In this document: one piece after another, positions 19,023 through 31,589 of the stretch
Layout: each line of letters begins with the position of its first letter
Numbering within the stretch: position 1 is the stretch's first letter
Assembly: GCA_965649855.1 (NCBI GenBank)
Contig: CBFGMM010000001.1
Span: 27,600-91,599 of the forward strand
DNA: 64,000 bases
Direction: 5' to 3'
Origin: an uncultured Thermomonas sp.
GTDB taxonomy: Bacteria > Pseudomonadota > Gammaproteobacteria > Xanthomonadales > Xanthomonadaceae
Position numbers and translations under genes: made by a program
The notes under the pieces: generated by a model
Told to the model about the DNA's origin: nothing
The model's input: only the letters and a program-made list of their open reading frames with translations
Databases searched by the model: none

Positions 19023-22000
19023 TCAGCTGCGGCTGGCGAGCTGGGCCAGGCGCTGCACCGCGACCGATGCGGTGGGATAGTCCAGCGCCTTCTGCCCGGC
19101 CAGCTCGCCCAGCATGCCCAGGGTGAAGCGCAGGGCCTGGTCGTCGCGCGCCATCCAGGCCGCCACCTTCGCGTCGGCGTCCTTGCCCGGCATCGCCAAC
19201 GCCTGCCCGGTCAGGCTGCGCATCTGCGCGGCCAGTTCGTCGCGCAGCACCCCGCGCGCCACCGCGTGCCAGCGGCCCTGCACGTCCAGCGCCTCGACCT
19301 GGGCGCGCAGCCAGGGCTCGCGCAACGCGTCGGACAGGCGGAAATACACCTTGGCGACCTCGGTGGCGCGCAGCTTGCGTTCGCGCGCCAGCTCGATGAT
19401 GTTCGGGCTGGCCTCCAGGTAGGGCAGCGCGGCCAGCTGGTCGGCCAGCGCCGCCGGCACGCCCTTGCCGCGCCAGGCCTTGCGGCTGGCCTCGTAGGCG
19501 GGGCGTTGCGAATCCGGCAGGATGCCCTCGCCCGCGCGGATGTCGCGGAAGCCGTCGTGGTAGCGGGTCACCGCGCTGGTGATGTCCGGGATCGCGCCGG
19601 GGCGCGACAGCAGCCAGCGGGTGAAGCCGCGCTGCAGCTCCCAGATCACCTGCAGCGCGTCGATCTGCACGGCTTCGGCCACCTTGCCGTCCAGCGCGTC
19701 GATCTGCGCCCACAGCTCGCGCGCGTCCAGCGTCTCGCGGGTGATGGTGAAGGCCTTGGCCACCTCGCCGGGGCTGCGCCCGCTGTCTTCCTGCATGCGC
19801 AGCAGGAAGGTGGCGCCCATCCGGTTGATGGTGGAGTTGGTGACCGCGGTGGCGATGATTTCCCGCTTCAGGCGGTGCTGCTGCATCGCCTTGGCGTACT
19901 TCGCCTGCAGCGGCTGCGGGAAGTAGCGCTCCAGTTCCTTGGACAGGTACGCGTCCTCGGGGACGTCGGAATCGAGCAGTTGCTGGTAGGCCACCAGCTT
20001 GGAATACGACAGCAGCACGGACAGCTCCGGGCGGGTCAGGCCCATCCCGCGCGCCTTGCGCTCGGCGATCTCGGCGTCCGACGGCAGGAACTCGATCTGG
20101 CGGTCCAGCAGCCCCTGCGATTCCAGGGTCCGGATGAAGTGCTGCTTGGAGCCCAGCCGCGACAGGCTCATGCGCTCCATCAGGCTGATCGCCTGGTTCT
20201 GCCGGTAGTTGTCGAACAGCACCAGCTGCGCCACCTCGTCGGTCATCGCGGCCAGCAGCGCGTTGCGGTCGGGGAGCGACAGCTTCTTGCGCTGCACCTC
20301 GCCGTTGAGCAGGATCTTGATGTTCACCTCATGGTCCGAGGTGTCCACGCCGGCGGAGTTGTCGATGAAGTCGGTGTTGAGCAGCACCCCGTGCAGCGCG
20401 GCCTCGATGCGGCCCAGCTGGGTCAGCCCCAGGTTGCCGCCCTCGCCCACCATGCGGCAGCGCAGCTGGTTGCCGTCCACGCGCAGCGCGTTGTTGGCGC
20501 GGTCGCCGACGTCCGCATGGGTCTCGCGGCTGCACTTGACGTAGGTGCCGATGCCGCCGTTCCACAGCAGGTCCACCGGCGCGCGCAGGATCGCGTGCAT
20601 CAGCTCGTTCGGGCTCAGCGCGTCCACGCCCGCATCGATCCCCAGCGCCGCCCGGGCCTCGGGCGACAGCGGGATCGACTTGGCGCTGCGCGGCCACACG
20701 CCGCCACCCGCGCTGATCAGCGCCTTGTCGTAGTCCTCCCAGCTGGAGCGCGGCAGCTTGAACATGCGCGCGCGTTCCTTGAACGAGGCCGCGGCGTCCG
20801 GATCGGGGTCGATGAAGATGTGGCGGTGGTCGAACGCGGCCAGCAGGCGGATGTGCCGGCTCAGCAGCATGCCGTTGCCGAACACGTCGCCGGACATGTC
20901 GCCGACGCCGACCACGCTGAAGTCCTCCTTCTGGCAGTCGCGGCCCAGCGCGCGGAAATGGCGCTTGACCGACTCCCATGCGCCGCGCGCGGTGATGCCC
21001 ATGCCCTTGTGGTCGTAGCCCACCGAGCCGCCGGACGCGAACGCGTCGTCCAGCCAGAAGCCGTGCGCCTGGGCGATCCCGTTGGCGATGTCGGAGAAGG
21101 TGGCGGTGCCCTTGTCGGCGGCCACCACCAGGTACGGATCGTCGCCGTCGTGGCGGACCACGCCGGGCGGCGGCACCACCTTGCCGTCAACCAGGTTGTC
21201 GGTGATGTCCAGCAGGCCGTTGATGAAGCGCTTGTAGCAGGCCACGCCCTCGGCGAACCAGGCTTCGCGGTCCAGCGCCGGGTCCGGCAGCTGCTTGGCG
21301 TAGAAGCCACCCTTGCTGCCCACCGGGACGATCACCGTGTTCTTCACCATCTGCGCCTTGACCAGGCCCAGCACCTCGGTGCGGAAGTCCTCGCGCCGGT
21401 CCGACCAGCGCAGGCCGCCGCGCGCCACCGGCCCGAAGCGCAGGTGGATGCCCTCCACGCGCGGCCCGCAGACCCAGATCTCGCGGTACGGGCGCGGCTT
21501 GGGGAGTTCCGGCACGCGCGAGGAGTCGAGCTTGAAGCTGATGTAGTCGGCCGGGCCGCCGTCCCTGCGCGCGCCGCCCTCGCGCGGGACGTAGTAGCTG
21601 GTGCGCAGGGTGGCGTCGATCACCCCGATGAAGCCCCGCAGGATGCGGTCCTCGTCCAGGCTGGAGACGCGGTCCAGCAGGCGCTTGAGGGTAGTGCGCG
21701 CCGCGTCCACCTGGCGCTCGCGCCCGCTGCTGCGCGCGTCCACCAGCTCCTGCAACGCGGCCAGCGCGGCCGCATCGTCGCCGGCCAGGCCGCGCAACTG
21801 CGCTTCGAAGCGCTCCTGGCCCTTGCGGATCTGCGCGCTGGTCTCGCTGCCGGTCGCCGGATCGAACCGCGCCTCGAACAGTTCCACCAGCAGGCGGGCC
21901 AGCAACGGGTAGCGCGCCAGCGTGGCTTCCATGTAGGCCTGGGAAAACGGCACCCCGACCTGCAGCAGGTACTTGCAGTAGGAACGGAGCATCGCGACCT

Positions 22001-23960
22001 GGCGCCAGGTCAGGCCCGCGGCCAGGATCAGGCGGTTGAAGCCGTCGTTCTCGGCCTCGCCGTGCCAGGCGCGGGCGAAGGCGTCCTCGAAGTCCTCGTC
22101 CACCGCATCCAGGTCGAAGCCGCCGGGCAGCAGCGATTCCACCTCGAAGTCCTGGATGTAGGCCACCTCGCCGCCCGCCTCGACCCGGTACGGGTGCTCG
22201 GACAGCACGCGCAGGCCCATGTTCTCCATCATCGGCAGCGCATCGGACAGCGGGATGTCGTCGTGCAGGCGATAGAGCTTGAAGCGCAGCCCGCCGCCCT
22301 CGCGGCGCGAGCGGTACAGCGACAGGCGCAGGTCCCGGGGACCGGACAGCGCGGCCAGGTGCTCCACGTCGGCGGCGGCCACTTCCGGGCTCACCTCCTC
22401 GATGTAGCCCGCCGGCAGGGCGCGGCCGTAGCGGTTGGCCAGGCGCAGCCCGGTCTCCTCGCCATGGCGCGCCACCAGCTGCTCGCGCAGCTCGTCGCGC
22501 CAGTCGCGGACGATCAGCGCCAGCTGCTCCTCCAGCGCGGGCAGGTCCACCTGCACGGCGTCGCCGGACCTAGGCCGCACGATCATGTGCAGCTGGGCCA
22601 GCGGCGATTCGCCGATCTGCACCGTGGTGTCGATGTCCTCGGCGTGCAGCGCCTGCTTCAGCATGGCCTCGATGCGCAGGCGCACCTGGGTGTTCATGCG
22701 GTCGCGCGGGATGTAGGCCAGCGCCGAGAAATAGCGGCCGTAGCGGTCGCGGCGCACGAACAGCTTGCTGCGCACGCGCTCCTGCAGGCCCAGGATGCCG
22801 ATCGCGGTGCGCGCCAGGTCCTCCTCGCCGGACTGGAACAGCTCGTCGCGCGGCAGGGTCTCCAGGATGTGGCGCAGGGCCTTGCCGCTGTGGCTGGTGG
22901 GGGCCAGGCCCGACTGCTGCATCACGTAGTCGTGGCGCTGGCGCACCAGCGGGATGTCCCAGGGGCGGCGCCGGTAGGCGCTGGAGGTGTACAGGCCCAG
23001 GAAGCGCTGCTCCGCCACCGGCTTGCCCTTGGCGTCGAAGCTCAGCACGCCGATGTAGTCCATGTAGCCCGGGCGGTGGACGCTTGCGCGCGCGTTGGTC
23101 TTGGTCAGGATCAGCGCGTCCACCGAACCGGACTGCGGCATGTAGTGCGCCGCCAGCGACTTCAGCGGGCGCGGCGTCCCCGCGTCCTTGCCGCGCAGCA
23201 GGCCCAGGCCGCTGGCTTCGTCGGCCACCAGCACTTCGTCACGGCCCTGTTTGACCACCGTGTATTCGCGGTAGCCCAGGAAGGTGAAGTGGTCGTTGGC
23301 CGCCCAGCGCAGGAACTCCTGCGCCTCGCGGCGACCGGCGTCGTCCACCGGCATCGGCCGCTCGCCCATGGCGTCGGCCACCTCCAGCATCTTGGCGTGC
23401 ATCGGCGCCCAGTCCGCGACGATCGCGCGCACGTCCGCCAGCACCTGCTCGATGCGGTCGCGGATCCCGTCCATCGCTTCCTGCGGCTGGCGGTCGATCT
23501 CCAGGTGCATGAAGGACTCGGGCGCGCCCTCGCCCACCGCGGTCAGCTTGCCGGCCTTGTCGCGCGCCAGCTTGAGCACCGGGTGCCCCAGCACGTGCAC
23601 GCCGATGCCTTGTTCGGCCATCGCCATGGTCACCGAATCCACCAGGAACGGCATGTCGTCGTTCACGACCTGCACCACGGTGTGCGGGGATTCCCAGCCA
23701 TGCTCCCTGAGCGTGGGATTGAACAGGCGCACGCAGGCGGTGCCCGGCCTGCGGCGGCGCGCGAACTCCAGCACGCCCAGCGCCAGCGCGGCCCAGCCAT
23801 CCGGCCCGTGCTGCGCGTATTCGTCGCCGTCCATGCGCCGGTAGAACGCGCCGGCGAACGCCGCGGCCTCCTGTTGCGCGGCCTTGGGCACCTGCTTGCG
23901 CACGGCGGACAGGATGGGATCGATGGAGGCGCGGGCGCCGGTCTCGACGGGAGCGTTCAT
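19023..23960 (-). CDS. gdhB: NAD-specific glutamate dehydrogenase, large (about 180 kDa) GdhB type
   Basis: A 1645 aa single ORF. The central catalytic block is VPVGSKGGFY...GITARGAWESVKRHF...VGVGDMSGDVFGNGML. Confidence 0.95.
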   Translation of the reverse strand: MNAPVETGARASIDPILSAVRKQVPKAAQQEAAAFAGAFYRRMDGDEYAQHGPDGWAALALGVLEFARRRRPGTACVRLFNPTLREHGWESPHTVVQVVNDDMPFLVDSVTMAMAEQGIGVHVLGHPVLKLARDKAGKLTAVGEGAPESFMHLEIDRQPQEAMDGIRDRIEQVLADVRAIVADWAPMHAKMLEVADAMGERPMPVDDAGRREAQEFLRWAANDHFTFLGYREYTVVKQGRDEVLVADEASGLGLLRGKDAGTPRPLKSLAAHYMPQSGSVDALILTKTNARASVHRPGYMDYIGVLSFDAKGKPVAEQRFLGLYTSSAYRRRPWDIPLVRQRHDYVMQQSGLAPTSHSGKALRHILETLPRDELFQSGEEDLARTAIGILGLQERVRSKLFVRRDRYGRYFSALAYIPRDRMNTQVRLRIEAMLKQALHAEDIDTTVQIGESPLAQLHMIVRPRSGDAVQVDLPALEEQLALIVRDWRDELREQLVARHGEETGLRLANRYGRALPAGYIEEVSPEVAAADVEHLAALSGPRDLRLSLYRSRREGGGLRFKLYRLHDDIPLSDALPMMENMGLRVLSEHPYRVEAGGEVAYIQDFEVESLLPGGFDLDAVDEDFEDAFARAWHGEAENDGFNRLILAAGLTWRQVAMLRSYCKYLLQVGVPFSQAYMEATLARYPLLARLLVELFEARFDPATGSETSAQIRKGQERFEAQLRGLAGDDAAALAALQELVDARSSGRERQVDAARTTLKRLLDRVSSLDEDRILRGFIGVIDATLRTSYYVPREGGARRDGGPADYISFKLDSSRVPELPKPRPYREIWVCGPRVEGIHLRFGPVARGGLRWSDRREDFRTEVLGLVKAQMVKNTVIVPVGSKGGFYAKQLPDPALDREAWFAEGVACYKRFINGLLDITDNLVDGKVVPPPGVVRHDGDDPYLVVAADKGTATFSDIANGIAQAHGFWLDDAFASGGSVGYDHKGMGITARGAWESVKRHFRALGRDCQKEDFSVVGVGDMSGDVFGNGMLLSRHIRLLAAFDHRHIFIDPDPDAAASFKERARMFKLPRSSWEDYDKALISAGGGVWPRSAKSIPLSPEARAALGIDAGVDALSPNELMHAILRAPVDLLWNGGIGTYVKCSRETHADVGDRANNALRVDGNQLRCRMVGEGGNLGLTQLGRIEAALHGVLLNTDFIDNSAGVDTSDHEVNIKILLNGEVQRKKLSLPDRNALLAAMTDEVAQLVLFDNYRQNQAISLMERMSLSRLGSKQHFIRTLESQGLLDRQIEFLPSDAEIAERKARGMGLTRPELSVLLSYSKLVAYQQLLDSDVPEDAYLSKELERYFPQPLQAKYAKAMQQHRLKREIIATAVTNSTINRMGATFLLRMQEDSGRSPGEVAKAFTITRETLDARELWAQIDALDGKVAEAVQIDALQVIWELQRGFTRWLLSRPGAIPDITSAVTRYHDGFRDIRAGEGILPDSQRPAYEASRKAWRGKGVPAALADQLAALPYLEASPNIIELARERKLRATEVAKVYFRLSDALREPWLRAQVEALDVQGRWHAVARGVLRDELAAQMRSLTGQALAMPGKDADAKVAAWMARDDQALRFTLGMLGELAGQKALDYPTASVAVQRLAQLASRS

Positions 23961-24013
23961 GGGTGGGGTCGCCTTCGATGGACGATGGCCGCGCGGGGGC
24001 GCGACGGGTGACG

Positions 24014-24033
24014 GCGCCGCGATTGCGCGGCGC
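24014..24033 (-). terminator. 8-bp perfect hairpin between acyl-CoA dehydrogenase and gdhB
   Basis: GCGCCGCG-ATTG-CGCGGCGC lies 16 nt after the stop at 24049. There is no U-tract on the transcribed strand. Confidence 0.3.
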
Positions 24034-24048
24034 GTCGTTTCGGTTGGG

Positions 24049-25197
<1,149 letters not shown>

Positions 25198-25229
25198 GGC
25201 ATCGCTCCGGCTGGCTGTGCAAAGGCGCG

Positions 25230-25235
25230 ATTGTA
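25230..25235 (-). promoter_or_regulatory. -10 element TACAAT for the acyl-CoA dehydrogenase gene (32 nt leader with CCGGAG SD)
   Basis: The reverse strand reads ggcgcTACAATcgcgcctttgcacagccagCCGGAGcgatgccGTG. Confidence 0.35.
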
Positions 25236-25396
25236 GCGCCGGGGCGTGGCGAACCCCAGCCACGTCCCCGCACCAAAACGCCCACTCACGCCCGCTGAAC
25301 CGGCGCTCCGGGCCCGCTTGGGCGCCCCGGCGCAGCGGCCCGGCCGCGGCTGCAGCGGCGCCTGCGCTTGACCCCGCCGGCGCACGCGCGGAGACT

Positions 25397-25422
25397 TATC
25401 GTTGGATCGCGATGGAAAGATA
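25397..25422 (+). promoter_or_regulatory. 26-bp imperfect palindrome (TATCgTTgg-ATCGCGAT-ggAAaGATA), candidate operator of the ArsR/methyltransferase regulator
   Basis: The central 8-bp ATCGCGAT is perfect, and the flanks match at 6 of 9 positions. The element ends 3 nt before the ATG at 25426 and covers the GGAAAG SD. Confidence 0.3.
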
Positions 25423-25425
25423 CAT

Positions 25426-26355
25426 ATGGACCTGGAAGGCTGGTCGACGCGGCTCAAGGTGTTCGCGGATGCCACCCGCGTGCGCCTGCTCGCCCTGCTG
25501 CAGGACGAGGAGCTGACCGTGGCGGAGCTCTCCGCCATCACCCAGCTGGCCCAGCCGCGCGTATCCACCCACCTGTCCCGGCTCAAGGACGCCGGCCTGG
25601 TGCGCGACCGGCGCTCGGGGGTGTCGGCGTATTACCGCTTCGACGATGCCGCGCTGGACCCGGCGCAGCGCGCGCTGTGGCAGTCGATCAGTACCGGCAG
25701 CGACGATCCACTGCTGCGCCAGGACGCCGAGCGGGTGCCGGCCGTGCTGGCCAGCCGCGCCGCCGACCAGAACTGGGCCGACAGCGTGGCCGGCGACATG
25801 GAGCGGCACTATTCGCCCGGGCGGACCTGGGAGGCGCTTGCGCGCAGCGCCCTGCCGCTGCTGGCGCCCGGCGACGTGCTGGACATCGCCTCGGGCGACG
25901 GCGTGCTGGCGGAACTGCTGGCGCCGCACGCGCGCCGCTACGTCTGCATCGATTCCAGCCCGCGGGTGGTGGCCGCCGCGAGCGAGCGCCTGCGCAGGTT
26001 CGCCAACGTGGAGGTGCGCGTGGGCGACATGCACGCGTTGCCGTTCAAGGACGGGAGCTTCGACCTGGTGGTGCTGATGCACGCCCTGACCTATGCCGAC
26101 AAGCCCGCGCAGGCCGTGGCCGAAGCCGCGCGCGTGCTGCGCAAGGGTGGCCGCCTCCTGCTGTCCAGCCTGGCCAGGCACGAGCACCGCAACGCGGTGG
26201 AGGCCTACGGCCACCAGAACCTGGGGTTCGCCGAAAAGGAACTGCGCAGGTTCGCCGAGAAGGCGGGGTTGTCGATCGCCAGCTGCGAGACCGTGACCCG
26301 CGAGCGCCGTCCCCCGCATTTCGAAGTCATCTCGCTGCTGGGAGCCAAGGCGTGA
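25426..26355 (+). CDS. sahR: ArsR-family wHTH fused to a SAM-methyltransferase-like domain; SahR-type regulator of the methionine/SAH cycle
   Basis: [59 protein letters not shown] is the Ars[18 protein letters not shown]...VVLMHAL is class I methyltransferase motif I and the post-I region. It is directly coupled (GTGA) to metH. The track start at 25402 is TTG. Confidence 0.7.
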   Translation: MDLEGWSTRLKVFADATRVRLLALLQDEELTVAELSAITQLAQPRVSTHLSRLKDAGLVRDRRSGVSAYYRFDDAALDPAQRALWQSISTGSDDPLLRQDAERVPAVLASRAADQNWADSVAGDMERHYSPGRTWEALARSALPLLAPGDVLDIASGDGVLAELLAPHARRYVCIDSSPRVVAAASERLRRFANVEVRVGDMHALPFKDGSFDLVVLMHALTYADKPAQAVAEAARVLRKGGRLLLSSLARHEHRNAVEAYGHQNLGFAEKELRRFAEKAGLSIASCETVTRERRPPHFEVISLLGAKA

Positions 26356-27463
26356 CCGCGCTTCCCTGGCTGCAGCCGCCCCGCGTCGCAGCCCTGGAAG
26401 CGGCCCTGGCACGCCGCATCCTGGTGATCGACGGCGCGATGGGCACGATGATCCAGCGCCACGACCTGCAGGAAGCCGATTACCGCGGCGAGCGCTTCGC
26501 GCCGGGCTACGACGCGTCGTTGGCGGCCGCGGGCCACGCGCACGGCCCCGGCTGCGGCTGCCAGGCCCACGACCAGCGCGGCAACAACGACCTCCTGACG
26601 CTCACCCGGCCAAGCCTCATCCGCGGCATCCACGCGGAGTACCTCGCCGCCGGCGCGGACCTGGTCGAGACCAATACCTTCAACTCGACCAGCATCTCGC
26701 TGGCGGACTACCGGCTGCAGCACCTGGTGCGCGAGCTCAACCGCGAAGGCGCGGCGCTCGCGCGCAGCGCCTGCGAGGAAGCGGAAGCGCGGGATCCGGC
26801 GCAGCCGCGTTTCGTCATCGGCGTGCTGGGGCCGACCTCCCGCACCGCCTCGCTCAGCCCGGACGTGAACCGCCCCGGATTCCGCGCGACCTCCTTCGAC
26901 GAACTGGCCGAGGCCTATCGCGAGGCCGCGCGCGGCCTGGTCGAGGGCGGCAGCGACGTGCTGATGGTGGAGACCGTGTTCGACACGCTGAACGCCAAGG
27001 CCGCGCTGTTCGCCATCGACGATGTGTTCGAGGAGTTCGGCGCGCGACTGCCGGTGATGGTCTCCGGCACCATCACCGATGCCTCCGGCCGCACCCTGTC
27101 CGGCCAGACCGCGGAGGCCTTCTGGTACTCGCTGCGCCACGCGCAACCGCTGGCGATCGGCCTGAACTGCGCGCTGGGTGCCAAGGACCTGCGCCAGCAC
27201 GTCGATGTGCTGGCGCAGGTGGCGGACACCAACGTCAGCTGCCACCCGAATGCCGGCCTGCCGAATGCCTTCGGCGGCTACGACGAGACGCCGGAGGACA
27301 TGGCGGCGGTGCTGCGCGAATTCGCCGAGGCCGGCCTGCTGAACCTGGTCGGCGGCTGCTGCGGGACCACGCCCGCGCACATCGCCGCGATCGCCGAAGC
27401 GGTGCGCGGCCTGCCGCCCCGCCCGATCCCGCAACTGGCCGATGCCCAACGGGAGCAGGCCGC

Positions 27464-27467
<4 letters not shown>
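26352..27467 (+). CDS. metH: methionine synthase, N-terminal homocysteine S-methyltransferase module (split MetH, part 1)
   Basis: [45 protein letters not shown] (zinc-binding Cys triad region). The GTG start overlaps the sahR stop, and the stop overlaps the next ATG. Confidence 0.9.
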
Positions 27468-30148
<2,681 letters not shown>

Positions 30149-30157
30149 GCGCGCCGG

Positions 30158-30610
30158 CTAGTTGGGCCGGTTGGCCACCAGCGGGTCGTGGGTCACCTGC
30201 TCGGGCTTGCCGCCGGTGCGCGTGACCTCGACCGTGAGCGCATAGGCGAAGTCACCCGCCTCGGTCATCTTGTCGCGGAAGGAGAGCACGTCGTTCTTTC
30301 CGCCCGGGATCGCGGGACCGGTGACTTTCTCGTCGAACTGCGGACTGTCGTCGTTCGGCGGGCAGTCCGGGGTGCTCCCGATGCGCACGGCGCGCGCGGC
30401 GTCCCTGGGGAATTCCACGCGTTCGACGCCCTCGCCGGGTACGAGCGTGAACTTCAACCGCACCGGCCGCTGACGCGGACCGGTCACGGTGACGTTGCCG
30501 CGCGCGTCGAAGCCGCCCCCATCGAAGGTGAAGTCATAGCCCTTCCTGCCGGCGCTGACTGTCACGTCGACCGAGCGGCTGGCTGGTCCGTTCCCGTTTT
30601 CGTCCTGCAT
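30158..30610 (-). CDS. hypothetical cytoplasmic protein (150 aa), no family recognised
   Basis: The ATG at 30610 is preceded by a GGGGAG SD, and the stop is TAG. It has more A/T-ending codons (gaa, aca, tat, gat, ggt, cgt, ttg, gta, agt, aaa, gga) than its neighbours. Confidence 0.55.
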   Translation of the reverse strand: MQDENGNGPASRSVDVTVSAGRKGYDFTFDGGGFDARGNVTVTGPRQRPVRLKFTLVPGEGVERVEFPRDAARAVRIGSTPDCPPNDDSPQFDEKVTGPAIPGGKNDVLSFRDKMTEAGDFAYALTVEVTRTGGKPEQVTHDPLVANRPN

Positions 30611-30715
30611 GTGCCTGCTCCCCTGGCGTACGCGCCGGCGCGGTGTGCGCGGCTGCGCGTGCGGGTTCGCCTCCAGGCGCGGAGGAAACGCCGCTTGACT
30701 CCTCCAACGCGGAGC

Positions 30716-30731
30716 GGCCGGCGGACCGGCC
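30716..30731 (-). terminator. 6-bp hairpin after the DUF2058 gene
   Basis: GGCCGG-CGGA-CCGGCC lies 7 nt downstream of the stop at 30739. Confidence 0.3.
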
Positions 30732-30738
30732 AAGGGCT

Positions 30739-31353
30739 CTACCAGACCAGGTCGTCCGGCACCTGGTAACGCGGGTCCGCATAGGGGTCGTCCGCGGCGG
30801 GCGCGGCCGGATCCACCTTGAGCGCCACCGCGGGCGCGAAGATCGTCTCGGCCTTGGCCAGGGTCGCGGCGTCGACCAGCAGGTAGCGGCCGTCCAGTTG
30901 CAGCACGCCCAGCTCGCCGGCGTTGAGTGCCTTCAGCTGGTCGGCGGTGACGTGCACGCGCTTGATCTTCCCGCCGTACTCGAAGTGGCGCGCGTGTTCG
31001 GCATCGGCGGCGTTGAGCGCCTTGCCCGCCACGAACTCGGACAGCCTGGCCTTCGCCTCGCGGCGCTGGCGCGCTTCTTCCTGCTTCAAGCGCTCGGCCG
31101 CGATGCGCTCGTCCTTCTCGCGCTGGGCGCGGATCGCATAGGCCCTGGCGAGGTCGATGTCCTCGCGGGTGCGCGCCGCGCCAGCCGCTGGCCGCGGCGG
31201 CTTGCGGACCGCGGCTCCGCCCTGGCCCTGGCCCTGCGGCCTTGCGGACTGCGGCGCGGGCCTGCCGGCCTTCGACCCCGGTTTCGGGCGCGGCGCGGGC
31301 TTCGGGGCGCTGAAGCCCAGGCCGAGCAGCTGGTCCTTGAGGGAATTGCTCAT
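30739..31353 (-). CDS. DUF2058-family protein (YaiL-like)
   Basis: MSNSLKDQLLGLGF..., a Lys/Arg/Glu-rich coiled middle, then ...LQLDGRYLLVDAATLAKAE. The family call is from memory. Confidence 0.65.
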   Translation of the reverse strand: MSNSLKDQLLGLGFSAPKPAPRPKPGSKAGRPAPQSARPQGQGQGGAAVRKPPRPAAGAARTREDIDLARAYAIRAQREKDERIAAERLKQEEARQRREAKARLSEFVAGKALNAADAEHARHFEYGGKIKRVHVTADQLKALNAGELGVLQLDGRYLLVDAATLAKAETIFAPAVALKVDPAAPAADDPYADPRYQVPDDLVW

Positions 31354-31357
31354 CGTG

Positions 31358-31585
31358 TCAGTAGTGCGGCGGGGGTGGCTCGGATGCCGCGTCGCCGGTC
31401 AGCGGCGTGGCGGCCATCGCGATGCGCAATTGTCGCAGTTCCTCCAGCGCGCGGTGCAGCCGCAGCGCATTGCGTGCCTCGCCGTCGCGGGCGGCCGCCA
31501 GCGCATCGCTCAGTTCCTGCAGGGCCTGCTCCTGGAAGGCCAGGCGCGTCTCCAGGTCCACCAGGCGCCGTTCGGTGGCATCCAT
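31358..31585 (-). CDS. slyX: SlyX-family protein
   Basis: 75 aa reading MDATERRLVDLETRLAFQEQALQELSDALAAARDGEARNALRLHRALEELRQL, the typical SlyX coiled coil. Only the 3' part of the 217-aa track ORF is used. Confidence 0.75.
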   Translation of the reverse strand: MDATERRLVDLETRLAFQEQALQELSDALAAARDGEARNALRLHRALEELRQLRIAMAATPLTGDAASEPPPPHY

Positions 31586-31589
31586 TGCG

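Noticed and set aside
18177-24011. A 1944-codon stop-free ORF on the plus strand, spanning the whole of gdhB, the 87-nt spacer and nadK.
   Set aside because: It is exactly antisense to two genes with unmistakable protein motifs. Its translation is low-complexity (rich in R, H, L, V, Q, A, G) with no recognisable domain. Extreme GC3 bias of the sense genes removes stop codons from the antisense frame. Such shadow ORFs opposite gdhB have, to my recollection, been mis-annotated in GC-rich genomes. It could only be rescued by strand-specific Ribo-seq evidence.
25402-25425. A TTG-initiated 8-codon N-terminal extension of the sahR-like gene, with similar extensions of track ORFs at 14559-15563, 31590-32969, 59829-61169, 54864-57605 and 24049-25263.
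   Set aside because: In each case an internal ATG or GTG is present. It has an SD or -10 element at the right distance and gives an N-terminus matching the known protein family. The extensions are Arg/Pro-rich and overlap neighbouring features.
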